A DNA stretch of 64,000 bases from a virus (lineage: Duplodnaviria > Heunggongvirae > Uroviricota > Caudoviricetes), in IMG/VR virus record IMGVR_UViG_3300042946_000144, positions 24,332-88,331 of that record; one strand, 5' to 3'. This document shows, one piece after another, positions 11,201 to 19,472 of this stretch (its first letter is position 1; the number at the start of each line of letters is the position of its first letter). The notes under the pieces were generated by a model. The model ran no database searches. It saw only the letters and a program-made list of their open reading frames with translations, and was not told the DNA's origin. A program made the position numbers and the translations under genes.

Positions 11201-13786
11201 TTCTTCTGACAAGAGTCTATATCTAGCATTGTCATTAACTTCTACATCATGTGATTTTCCAGCTCCATATATAACACTCTCAAGCTTTAGTACATTGCCT
11301 AAGAATGGTTGTCCAAAAGAAGTCTCTGGAGAATTAAATACCATTCTATATTTAGAACCATTGTCAGCAAATGCGTCTAAAGGATTTGGTGTACAAAGAT
11401 CATAACCAACTTCGTTTACAAGTGTTATTTCAAAGTCTGATAAAGAACCATCTATTCCTCTTGGATAGAAAATTGAATTAATGTAATATTCTTGGTATTC
11501 ACTTACTTTAACCTGTTTTCTAATTTCATTAAATCTACCAGTTGCAAATGTACTTGTTGGACAGCAAACATTTGAAGGATTTGTTACACATACATCACAA
11601 TTTGGTATAGAAATTGAAGTTGTACATCCAGTTCCCCTAGGATCATATATTCCATAAATTGCAAGTATTATTCCAGGGTTACTTTGAGTTCCTTTCCATT
11701 TTATAAGATATTGACTGTATGTGTTAGATCTCATACATGCCTTACCGCTAACTATAATAGGAAGATCAAGAGAACATATATCTTTTGTATCTCCATAGTT
11801 TTCAATTTTTACTCTCTGAGTCTTTTCTGTAAAACAACTTAAAAACTCTACAACTGTATTATCTGCATATGCCGTTATTGTAAAACTTCTGCAAAAGAAG
11901 TTCGTAGTGTTTGTTGCTGTTATATCAGCAGTAAAAGAGTTTGGTTTATCTAGAATAAACGGATCCTTGTTAAGATCGTTGTATGGGTAGTTGGCAAAAT
12001 AGTATTCTGTCTCATCCCTATCATACTTACCAACGTTTCTTAGAATACCTTTTGCTACAATTGACTTGTTTGTACCTCTGTTTCCTCTTACAATCTTAAA
12101 CCCTACAATTGCTTGCTTTTGTTCATTTGTAAGAGAAGACTGTTGGATTAAAGTTTGTATTTGAGAAGGATCGAGTTTAACACCAATTGGGAAAACTGCA
12201 TTAGATCCCATCACCATGTTATTAGCTCCAGTGAATAGCTTTGATTCAAATATTGGAGAAACACTTACATCTGGAAACTTATGATGTCTGATTGGTTGAT
12301 TTGCAAGATTTCCCCAAACTTCTTCATTACAAGGATAGACCTCTGTGGATTCCCAATATGCAAACTCTCCATATTTGTATGGAGTTGCATTTCCAATGTT
12401 TATATCAATAGCATCTCCCAACACTCTTGCAGTGTTGTATATCTTCCAATACGGACTATACCCAATTCCTGTATCAGGATCAACTCTATCAGGATCACCT
12501 ATGAAGTCTGGGTTTGAATCTGAAACATCTGCAAACGAATCATCATAATCATTCTTTGCTCTACCAGGAATATGGAAACCATCTGTTTGTTTACCATTAT
12601 CCAATAAGAAAACAATCTCAAATGCATACACCTCATCACGCAGGTAACCGCGTAAGTTTGTTGCATTTAGCTCATCAGAATATGTTTCTGTCTCAGGAAT
12701 TTTATACGTTTGCCAATATAAGTTTATATCATTGGCAATCTTCTGATAGTTGATTCTATCAATAGATGTTAGATTGTCCCATACAAGAATATCTTGTACA
12801 GCTGTAACATCCTGTGCAATTTCGTAATATGGGAATTTCTCAAAAATGTCTTCAATTGTCAGACGAATCTGTGTAACATTCTGTCCTGTATAGGTGATTT
12901 GCTTGTTACTCTTATCTATAAAATATGTACCAACAAGTTCAACAGATGTTATATCATTCACTGTTTTTACAACAGCAATGTTGAAATATTCATAGTATCC
13001 TGTAATATCAATTTCAGAAATGTCTATGATGATTGATTTTCCAACTAGGTAGTTGAAGTTTGGTGTTGTTAGGTCTGGGTTTGCAATAGGAGTTGGGTTT
13101 GTGACAGAATAGTAGGAAGTATATCCACTTCCTTCAGCATCACAATACTGAATAGCAAACTGATATGTACCAGCTGTAAGACTTCCGCCTGTCTGAATAT
13201 CAACAACGTTAAGTTGAGGAATTGAGAAGAGGGGTTGAAGTTTTAATCTGTTACAATCAATCTCAGGAATAGTCTCACCATCACAAACGTCCGAACCAGG
13301 CTTAACCTTATATGGAATTTCTGTAAGATCTAAAAATCTTCTAGGGTTTAGCCCATCTGTCCAATATACTTCCGTAGAGCAGTTTGTTATTCTGTGTACG
13401 GTTTTTAATATAGGATAGTTTATGTTGAAGTTTAAACAAGAAGCATTTATATATGTATGGTAGACACAATCATTGTTCTCCATAAATCCAATCTCTGAAT
13501 CTCCTGATATAGGATTAGAGAGGAAGAATACATGTTTATTTTGCTCGTAGATAGAATGGTGTCCTATCAATCTATATCCCTCAGGAAACTGAACACAGAA
13601 TTCATTTCCTTGTTCATTTTGATAGTTTACAATGCTACCATCAAAGTTTTCCAAAGATGCATTTAATGCATAAGTAAGTGCCCCCTTAGGAACTTGATTC
13701 ACGGTGTTATCCATGTTCAATCCTACGGTGGCAGTATTATATTCTGCTCTTATGTTGCCTTGATTAGTTGTTTCTTCTCCAGCCAT
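8219..13786 (-). CDS. giant structural protein (1855 aa); tail hub/baseplate or receptor-binding candidate
   Basis: Very long ORF downstream of the tail fiber genes. C-terminal poly-Thr linker (PPEETTTTTSTERPGTTTTTTT) followed by a Cys-rich domain. No enzymatic motif recognised. Confidence 0.6.
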   Translation of the reverse strand: MAGEETTNQGNIRAEYNTATVGLNMDNTVNQVPKGALTYALNASLENFDGSIVNYQNEQGNEFCVQFPEGYRLIGHHSIYEQNKHVFFLSNPISGDSEIGFMENNDCVYHTYINASCLNFNINYPILKTVHRITNCSTEVYWTDGLNPRRFLDLTEIPYKVKPGSDVCDGETIPEIDCNRLKLQPLFSIPQLNVVDIQTGGSLTAGTYQFAIQYCDAEGSGYTSYYSVTNPTPIANPDLTTPNFNYLVGKSIIIDISEIDITGYYEYFNIAVVKTVNDITSVELVGTYFIDKSNKQITYTGQNVTQIRLTIEDIFEKFPYYEIAQDVTAVQDILVWDNLTSIDRINYQKIANDINLYWQTYKIPETETYSDELNATNLRGYLRDEVYAFEIVFLLDNGKQTDGFHIPGRAKNDYDDSFADVSDSNPDFIGDPDRVDPDTGIGYSPYWKIYNTARVLGDAIDINIGNATPYKYGEFAYWESTEVYPCNEEVWGNLANQPIRHHKFPDVSVSPIFESKLFTGANNMVMGSNAVFPIGVKLDPSQIQTLIQQSSLTNEQKQAIVGFKIVRGNRGTNKSIVAKGILRNVGKYDRDETEYYFANYPYNDLNKDPFILDKPNSFTADITATNTTNFFCRSFTITAYADNTVVEFLSCFTEKTQRVKIENYGDTKDICSLDLPIIVSGKACMRSNTYSQYLIKWKGTQSNPGIILAIYGIYDPRGTGCTTSISIPNCDVCVTNPSNVCCPTSTFATGRFNEIRKQVKVSEYQEYYINSIFYPRGIDGSLSDFEITLVNEVGYDLCTPNPLDAFADNGSKYRMVFNSPETSFGQPFLGNVLKLESVIYGAGKSHDVEVNDNARYRLLSEEAQRDALDSSDRLASETDPFNIAVFFAAYQAYLAIYLNGISRRNFAYSFNSIASYNYSGEIKDNAGIKQRPIDIAQYLIPGVQAVGDDNPINNFNRESSVYIKTTDDVRDFTIPYRTYEICNTESPSGFFPPFALFSYTDPTTLQTASIVIRAGKCETFDSTTTPLDILPYVSTIITESDLKYYSANIPVPPLGYPYTQPSISPTGIPIVSDKSRYTISERSACDVPARQDKIDVLSYYASLKNIFVNQWGQIYSYETIDTGFQRLLTKTQNLPSTVFGGDTFISKFAFKVKIPFFIDNRVNAPDDSDIFYDEIGNVAYPKYWHSARSVTKDYILNYNNGNDVSSVMPNLISYKAHNFDCPNSQGVTNNNPNRMFYDGYFYLFAYGIPSFYCETSINTDLRQAFNNKEGDFWPHVSTDIPDDWLQENNVTIAQDNTYYYNVTFSKQNKENAFTHLPVDWEDKLCFTNFPFRAIYSDSEEWLIYRPVSYFDFPQNYGKLTSLDGIQNKAILARFENKTLLYNNLLTIDTSNPQAAYIGNNKLFSSAPPIDFAETDLGYVGSQNKMLLKIPQGQVTVDAKRGQVFIISGTQAIDISAFGSGMNRFFVEHLAFKILKHFPEVNIDNHLNGIGLHGTYDSKYDRVIITKLDYVPFPEKNVKYDSVNREFYIDRSIGNGEFTIREVVDVTNPEYFCNKSWTLSYGINSKSWISFHSYIPNWYIAENNFFYSGINSCCDDSVFEVLATVVTPPEETTTTTSTERPGTTTTTTTVLNCTIAGTAEIIGCTIEGVAYITEPPIPPPCQRPTNLQVYSFVYGYSPTTGPSIISSLTFNDACTAVGAVFESGATPQIFVVSIPQLTVGSNVYLGGVGVTNCDTIGDGWYFVNDITLIGTVFHVVGGVITEISTCSNYTTTTTSTTIFGTRIFLGYGATDVIACTASQIAYYVNPACIPLSLGCIIYTDLTLTVPVSVSGFYSNGSYVYECNGSGLIIDILLCTS

Positions 13787-14693
13787 ATCTGTTTACTCTA
13801 TTAGGAAGTTCATACATGTTGAATCTATTCAAATCATTCTTTATTCTTCTCTGCTTTGCATAAGCATCTTGCTTCTTGATTTCTATATCAGCCATGATGA
13901 ATGCCTCCTCAGAGAGCTGCTTGTAATATGCAAGCTTTGCCTGAAGTTGTTGGAATGTCTCATCGTTTGTTTGATTTGTTAAGGTTTCAAACACCTTGTA
14001 TTTAATGAATGTCTCAACATATTCTCTGATACGATAGTTATCAGGAATCATCTGATTACCTGCACCATCATATTCTGTTGCATAGAATATTAAATAAACT
14101 GTTCCGTTTCTAAAGTTTGTTACAAACTTATTATCTCTAATATCAAATGAATCCGCAGAAGAACTTCCAAGATTCTTACAATCCAGAGCACAATTTGCTC
14201 TTACAGAAATGTTTCCTGGTTTTAAAAGATACTGCTTTGTGATAGTAACTGCAGATTGATTGTTTGTTTTGTAAACAGCCTGAATAAGTTCTGGCATACA
14301 TGTTCCTGCACATTCAGGATTGGTGCATGTAGGATTGTTGCAAGGAGTTCCTCCAATTGTCAGAGGGCTCACTTGTATTGTTGTAGCTGATGCAGATTGT
14401 GTGTATAGAGAGTTTGGAGTTTGGAATGGATAACCATCAACATGTGTACAAAGCCAAGCTTCTCTTACAGCAAAGAAGTTATCTGGAAGTCTTGCTTCAA
14501 AGTCTTCAATATGTAATATCTGCTCTGCAATAACGTATGTAGCCCTACCTAGTTTTCTCAAGCATTTGTCAAGATAGGTGGGAAACATAAGATCATCTAC
14601 TGCTCCTGTATCAAAGTAGCTCTTAAGCTCTTCCTTTACAGTGGAATAAACAATCTCTGGAGATGTAAAGTTATATTTGTAATAGTAGCTCAT
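13764..14693 (-). CDS. hypothetical structural protein
   Basis: ORF 13764..14744. Start probably the internal Met (MSYYYKYNF) at 14693, which avoids overlap with the upstream stop. Confidence 0.5.
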   Translation of the reverse strand: MSYYYKYNFTSPEIVYSTVKEELKSYFDTGAVDDLMFPTYLDKCLRKLGRATYVIAEQILHIEDFEARLPDNFFAVREAWLCTHVDGYPFQTPNSLYTQSASATTIQVSPLTIGGTPCNNPTCTNPECAGTCMPELIQAVYKTNNQSAVTITKQYLLKPGNISVRANCALDCKNLGSSSADSFDIRDNKFVTNFRNGTVYLIFYATEYDGAGNQMIPDNYRIREYVETFIKYKVFETLTNQTNDETFQQLQAKLAYYKQLSEEAFIMADIEIKKQDAYAKQRRIKNDLNRFNMYELPNRVNRYGWRRNN

Positions 14694-14703
14694 TTTCTTT
14701 GTT

Positions 14704-15177
14704 TTATTTTTTCCATTCCCTGTACATATGCTGATATTTATCATCAGCCTTTATATAGTGTGAGAGAAGTCTTGATGTTGTTCTTGATGGTTTAAAATAC
14801 CAAAGTTCTGTATGTCTAAGTCTTGCAGAATCTTTGAACCACATCCATCCAAAGAAATAACCTTCAGTGTGGTAGTTGAAATTATAAATAATCTTTCCCT
14901 TTTCTCTTGTCTTTTGCCAATCTACAGGAAGATTTACAAACTCGTTATTCAATCCTATCTTCTTTCTTCTCTTCTTCTTGTTTACAGAAAACTCACCAAA
15001 ACCAAAAGGGAGCTTTGCTTTCTCCCCTGATTCAAGAATGTATTCTTTAAAAGCATCATTGAAGGAATAGATGATTGTTCTCCATTCATCAAATGTTAGC
15101 TTTATTGAGGGATTTTTCTTGCAAAAGCTTTTGTAGTTTTCAACACTTGCAGATCTCCAATCTACTTTAACTCTCAT
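14704..15177 (-). CDS. hypothetical protein (157 aa)
   Basis: ORF; 1-nt overlaps with its neighbours. Confidence 0.5.
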   Translation of the reverse strand: MRVKVDWRSASVENYKSFCKKNPSIKLTFDEWRTIIYSFNDAFKEYILESGEKAKLPFGFGEFSVNKKKRRKKIGLNNEFVNLPVDWQKTREKGKIIYNFNYHTEGYFFGWMWFKDSARLRHTELWYFKPSRTTSRLLSHYIKADDKYQHMYREWKK

Positions 15178-15905
15178 TATTTTCCGTTTGGTGCATTACT
15201 AGCCTGTCCATCCACTCCATCATCAGTCATATCTGTTTTAACTTGGAAGTATGTAGACAGGAGTTTTTTAGATGTTAGTTCCAACACTTGACTTTCCAGG
15301 TAACCAGGAAGTGCGAAGTCTTTGTCTAAAGGATTCTTGCACCATTCCTCATTGGTGGGCTGTGGTGTACCACAATCACATTCAGGATACATCACCTCAT
15401 TAGGAACATCTTGTTCGAAGAATGCAGAAATTCTAATTGCATGCATTAATGGGTTGCTTATGTATAAGTAACCATTCATAATCCAATAGTAATGTTCCTT
15501 CTTGATTATTGGGAGCTTAAGAAGATTTACATATCTATTCACTGTAATCTCTTTGAACTTTGTTCCCATTCCTCCCATAGCATTGATTGAATAAACTCCC
15601 TGTATAACATACTGATAATTTCCTTCAGAAATGCGAGGGAGCTTGTATCTACTTCTTGCTATTGTGCATTCATCAACATATTCACAACATTCAGAAATAG
15701 GAACTTCCACCATCTCCAAACAGGGAATGGTGGTAAATAGTGTGTTAGTTGCCCAAAGTTTTCTTAGGTTTGTTTCTCGTTTTACAAGAAGAAGGGTGTT
15801 GTTTCTGATCTCAGAAGCAATCACTCTGTCTGTGATTAGACTGTCTGTAGAAAGCAACTTGTGCATGCTACGTACATCTGAAACAAGTTTTCTAAGTGTT
15901 GACAT
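15177..15905 (-). CDS. hypothetical structural protein (242 aa)
   Basis: ORF in the operon; Cys-containing. Confidence 0.5.
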   Translation of the reverse strand: MSTLRKLVSDVRSMHKLLSTDSLITDRVIASEIRNNTLLLVKRETNLRKLWATNTLFTTIPCLEMVEVPISECCEYVDECTIARSRYKLPRISEGNYQYVIQGVYSINAMGGMGTKFKEITVNRYVNLLKLPIIKKEHYYWIMNGYLYISNPLMHAIRISAFFEQDVPNEVMYPECDCGTPQPTNEEWCKNPLDKDFALPGYLESQVLELTSKKLLSTYFQVKTDMTDDGVDGQASNAPNGK

Positions 15906-17176
15906 TATAAATACTGTTTGAATATATTTGTCATACCATCAAGCAGATCTATCATAAATGCTGTCACTTCTCCTTTAGAGCATGTGTAGCCATTTTTATC
16001 ATCCCATTGACTCTTAGCATTTGAGAATGCTGGGATTTGATAGAACTTGATTCCGTTAAAGTCTTGAGATAACTCATGATGTTTATCTCCTGTAAAGATG
16101 TAATAGTTGTTATGATTTGACCATCCATCTTTAAATTCCATAGGGAATATTCCTGCGAGCTTTGAAGGTTTGATAGCATCTCCGTGGTTAAACATCATTG
16201 CTGATGATCCGTAGGAAATGTACTTCCTATACTTAGGACTGTCATCAAATTTTAATCGAGAATTGCTTCTAAAAAACGTTGATAACCAATTAATTAGATG
16301 CCATCCTACAAACTCATCATGGTTCCCTGGTACATATATCACTTCAACTTCCCTGGAAGATTGAAGCATCAGTGTTATCATTCTAATCTCATGTTCACAA
16401 ACCATTCTGAATGATTCCTGATAAGATGTAATATTTGTTTGAGGAGTTCCTTTTGTTGTGGCATTTGTCCACTCACTGTTAAACTCATCAGAACCAATTA
16501 CATATACAATCTGATCGAGGTTGTTTGACAATCTTGCTTGAGAGATGATTGTTTCTGTCTTCTCAATGATTTTTGCAAATCTATCCTCCATGTTATTCTC
16601 ACCATCAACATCATGTTTGTTTAGGTGAGCATCTTGTTTGTTGATAACAAGACAACCATACGGTTTAACTGGCTCTATCTTAGGAAGCATTATGTCCTGA
16701 GAAGCTGGTTGATATTCCTTTAGAAACTCAACAAACACATCTTGGAACACTTGTTCTGTAGATTTCTTATTGAGCCAAGCTTTAACCTGCCAGTGTGGTG
16801 TAGAACTATTTCCCCAATAGTTCTGTACATATTTTGTAATTTCCCATTTAGAAGTGTCAATGTTACACTTCTCAATAAGATCGTCTAAACTTCTAATTTC
16901 ATTAGGGGTATTTAGAACAATCTCCCCAGTGCCCCTGGAGAGATCTTCCTCATACTTTACAATCCTTTCTTCTAGATCACCTATGTAATTAGCTGCTTCA
17001 GCCTCATTATTCAAACTTTCTCGATGTTTCAATTCCTTCATAAGCACTTCAACATCTTCTTCTGTGGTTCCTAGCTTTTCAGCATAGAACTTTTTACTCT
17101 TTTTCCACTGTAACATTTGTTCCAGCTGGAAGAGTAAATGCTGGTTGTTTGACATATGTAGTTTGTTTATTGTCAT
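15905..17176 (-). CDS. calcineurin-like metallophosphoesterase with N-terminal coiled-coil
   Basis: Motif series QDAHLNKHD (DxH), VIGSDEF (GDxxD variant), VPGNHDEF (GNHD/E), NHGD and GDKHHE. Confidence 0.55.
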   Translation of the reverse strand: MTINKLHMSNNQHLLFQLEQMLQWKKSKKFYAEKLGTTEEDVEVLMKELKHRESLNNEAEAANYIGDLEERIVKYEEDLSRGTGEIVLNTPNEIRSLDDLIEKCNIDTSKWEITKYVQNYWGNSSTPHWQVKAWLNKKSTEQVFQDVFVEFLKEYQPASQDIMLPKIEPVKPYGCLVINKQDAHLNKHDVDGENNMEDRFAKIIEKTETIISQARLSNNLDQIVYVIGSDEFNSEWTNATTKGTPQTNITSYQESFRMVCEHEIRMITLMLQSSREVEVIYVPGNHDEFVGWHLINWLSTFFRSNSRLKFDDSPKYRKYISYGSSAMMFNHGDAIKPSKLAGIFPMEFKDGWSNHNNYYIFTGDKHHELSQDFNGIKFYQIPAFSNAKSQWDDKNGYTCSKGEVTAFMIDLLDGMTNIFKQYL

Positions 17177-17234
17177 AAAGGTAAAGATTTATTCCAAATA
17201 TACCAAATTATTTCAACCTGGATGATTATATGGA

Positions 17235-17320
17235 ATAACCAAATTAATTAAATTAAAACCCCCAGCATGGAAATGCTAGGGGATGCTCCTGTAAAACCAA
17301 CAAAACAGGAGCTTTTTATA
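17235..17320. terminator. bidirectional terminator hairpin pair
   Basis: CCCCCAGCAT-GGAA-ATGCTAGGGG (17259..17282) with a T-rich run on the minus strand. GCTCCTGT-13nt loop-ACAGGAGC followed by TTTTTAT (17285..17319) on the plus strand. Confidence 0.55.
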
Positions 17321-17322
17321 TC

Positions 17323-17949
17323 TTATACGGTGCAAGAGGAGCTTTGTGTAAAGTTTCCAACCCCACTAACTAATTGAATATCAACATCATTTCTAACACA
17401 AACACTCTCAAAACCACCATCAGCAACTACAACTGTTGTACTAACATCAGATTCACATTCGAAATATCTAAAAGTTGCACCACCTCCACCAGCTGTTGCA
17501 AACAGTGTAGTGGATGTACATCCAGGTCTTCCAGCTGTACATGATCCTCTTGGATCAATAGATCCATCAGAAGAATTTGTAAAGAATGGATATGATGATG
17601 GATTATTATAAGCACAAATAAGTCTACCGCCTCCAGCAGATAGATCCTCTTCTGTAACAAGTCCTGTCTCACAATTCTTGTATGTAAGAATTGTTTTAGC
17701 GTTTGCAATTACTAAGAATTGAGTACAAGCTGCAGGAGTTGTTTGTAAAGGTATTTCTATAGAGTTTGTGCACTTTCCTGTAGATCTCACTATTACAGAA
17801 GTTGTTGGATCTGGAACAGTGACAGACACTCCTGTTGAGATTTCAGATGCTGTAGCTGTTCCTACTGATATAGTTGGGTTTACATTAGAGTAAATATTGA
17901 ATGGACCTGCGTCCGTTCCAATGGTTGTTAATTGTACAAATACTATCAT
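17323..17949 (-). CDS. hypothetical Cys/Thr-rich structural protein (208 aa)
   Basis: ORF followed on the minus strand by a hairpin plus T-tract. Confidence 0.5.
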   Translation of the reverse strand: MIVFVQLTTIGTDAGPFNIYSNVNPTISVGTATASEISTGVSVTVPDPTTSVIVRSTGKCTNSIEIPLQTTPAACTQFLVIANAKTILTYKNCETGLVTEEDLSAGGGRLICAYNNPSSYPFFTNSSDGSIDPRGSCTAGRPGCTSTTLFATAGGGGATFRYFECESDVSTTVVVADGGFESVCVRNDVDIQLVSGVGNFTQSSSCTV

Positions 17950-17968
17950 ATTGGTTTGATTTTAATTT

Positions 17969-19450
17969 TTATATTGCAGTTGAGTCTAAACTGATCCATT
18001 GACTTCCACCAGATGCAGCAACTCTTACAACAATTTTCTGAAGTGCTGTACTATAAAACATCTCACCGATTGTAGACTCTGAAATGGTTGGTAAAGTTGC
18101 TGTATTTGTTCCAGCGGTTTGTGCAAGTCTAATTCCTCCTGTAGATGCTATTTGATCAATACGACCTGTTACAAATACTGTTTTTCCTAAAATATTAACA
18201 ACTCCTTTTTGATAGTTATAAGCATCTCCTGAATCTCTTCCTTCAGACGTTAGTACTAATGACGTTCTTTGATCTTGTTCTTGGATTGGAAAATCTCCAT
18301 CAACGGTTGATGTTAACCATAATGTAGGTCCTCCACTTGTATACGTAAAAACCCAACCACTTGTATAAGGAGTACCATCTAGTGTAGTAGCTGCTATACC
18401 AGTGAAGTCGTCTATTCCATCTAAGATTCTTAATGTATAGGTCTTTCCTGGAACCCATCCAGGGAAAGTACTTCCGTAAGCATTGGGATTTACAGGGTTT
18501 GTCCATGTATCAATCCATAAAGGATTTCCAACTCTCTCATCAAAATAGTGAGCCTGTACAGCAGAGTCTCTATTTGTACCTTGTAAGTTCTCTAATATCT
18601 GGAAAGGAACGCCTGCAGGAACAGAGGCTGGAACTATCCAAGGATGATCAGTTAACCAATTCTCCCAAGCCCTATATGCAGGGTTATGAGTGGAGTTGTA
18701 AAGATAGTTTGTAGTCCACATAGCACTTGATGCCTTTGTAGAAATTATTCTAGATCTAGATCCATCATTTGTTGGAACATCAGGTGTTCCTGTTATAGAA
18801 TCATATGTATCAAAGTTTACAGCAGATCGATTGAACGTACTCTCAGATCTATTTGTAGCATTTGTATTATTGAATATAGTTATAAAGTAGTCACTTAGAG
18901 GAATTGATGTATTTTGTGTAAGAGTTCCTCCAAGTTGTATATTACTTCCTGTTTTTGTAAGACCATTGTTTGCCGTAAGAGCAGAAAGAATACTAGTTTG
19001 AACTGTGCTTGTTAAAGAGCTAATTGTACTTAATGTCAGTACACCGTTTGAATCAGCTGATACATAGTGTGTAGGACTTGCTGTAGTTTGTAAACCTTGT
19101 AGAGTTAGAGTGTTTGTTGCACTTGTTGTAATGACTGTTGGAGTGGTTAATGTTCCTCCAAGACCAATTGTTCCGTTTGTATTTGTAAGACCATTTCCTG
19201 CTCCTGATACAGAGGACGTTTTCTCAACAAGATCGTTGTTTGTAACACCAGCAGCATACCAATATTCTTTAACAGGACCAAAGTTTACAGTGAGACCAAC
19301 TGTTAATCCTATATATCTTTCTCCTGCAACTGTAGCAGCGTTTGCTGCAGATATAGCTGCATTGATACTTGTACCATTGTAAGGACCATACCTTCTATCT
19401 ACTGGTTTTGTTGCACTAACGTTAAGATTATCATTAAAAGTAATAGCCAT
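17969..19450 (-). CDS. tail fiber protein (493 aa), paralog B
   Basis: N-terminus MAITFNDNLNVSATKPVDRRYGPY...RYIGLTVG is nearly identical to the 842-aa neighbour. NGLT(K/N)TxGxIxLGGTL motifs occur twice. Ser/Thr/Gly/Asn-rich. Confidence 0.6.
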   Translation of the reverse strand: MAITFNDNLNVSATKPVDRRYGPYNGTSINAAISAANAATVAGERYIGLTVGLTVNFGPVKEYWYAAGVTNNDLVEKTSSVSGAGNGLTNTNGTIGLGGTLTTPTVITTSATNTLTLQGLQTTASPTHYVSADSNGVLTLSTISSLTSTVQTSILSALTANNGLTKTGSNIQLGGTLTQNTSIPLSDYFITIFNNTNATNRSESTFNRSAVNFDTYDSITGTPDVPTNDGSRSRIISTKASSAMWTTNYLYNSTHNPAYRAWENWLTDHPWIVPASVPAGVPFQILENLQGTNRDSAVQAHYFDERVGNPLWIDTWTNPVNPNAYGSTFPGWVPGKTYTLRILDGIDDFTGIAATTLDGTPYTSGWVFTYTSGGPTLWLTSTVDGDFPIQEQDQRTSLVLTSEGRDSGDAYNYQKGVVNILGKTVFVTGRIDQIASTGGIRLAQTAGTNTATLPTISESTIGEMFYSTALQKIVVRVAASGGSQWISLDSTAI

Positions 19451-19472
19451 TGTATATTATATTTTTGTTGAT

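Noticed and set aside
8508-13036. Multiple 60-90 aa plus-strand ORFs inside the 1855-aa gene, and similar ones inside other long minus-strand genes
   Set aside because: Antisense shadow ORFs with skewed composition.
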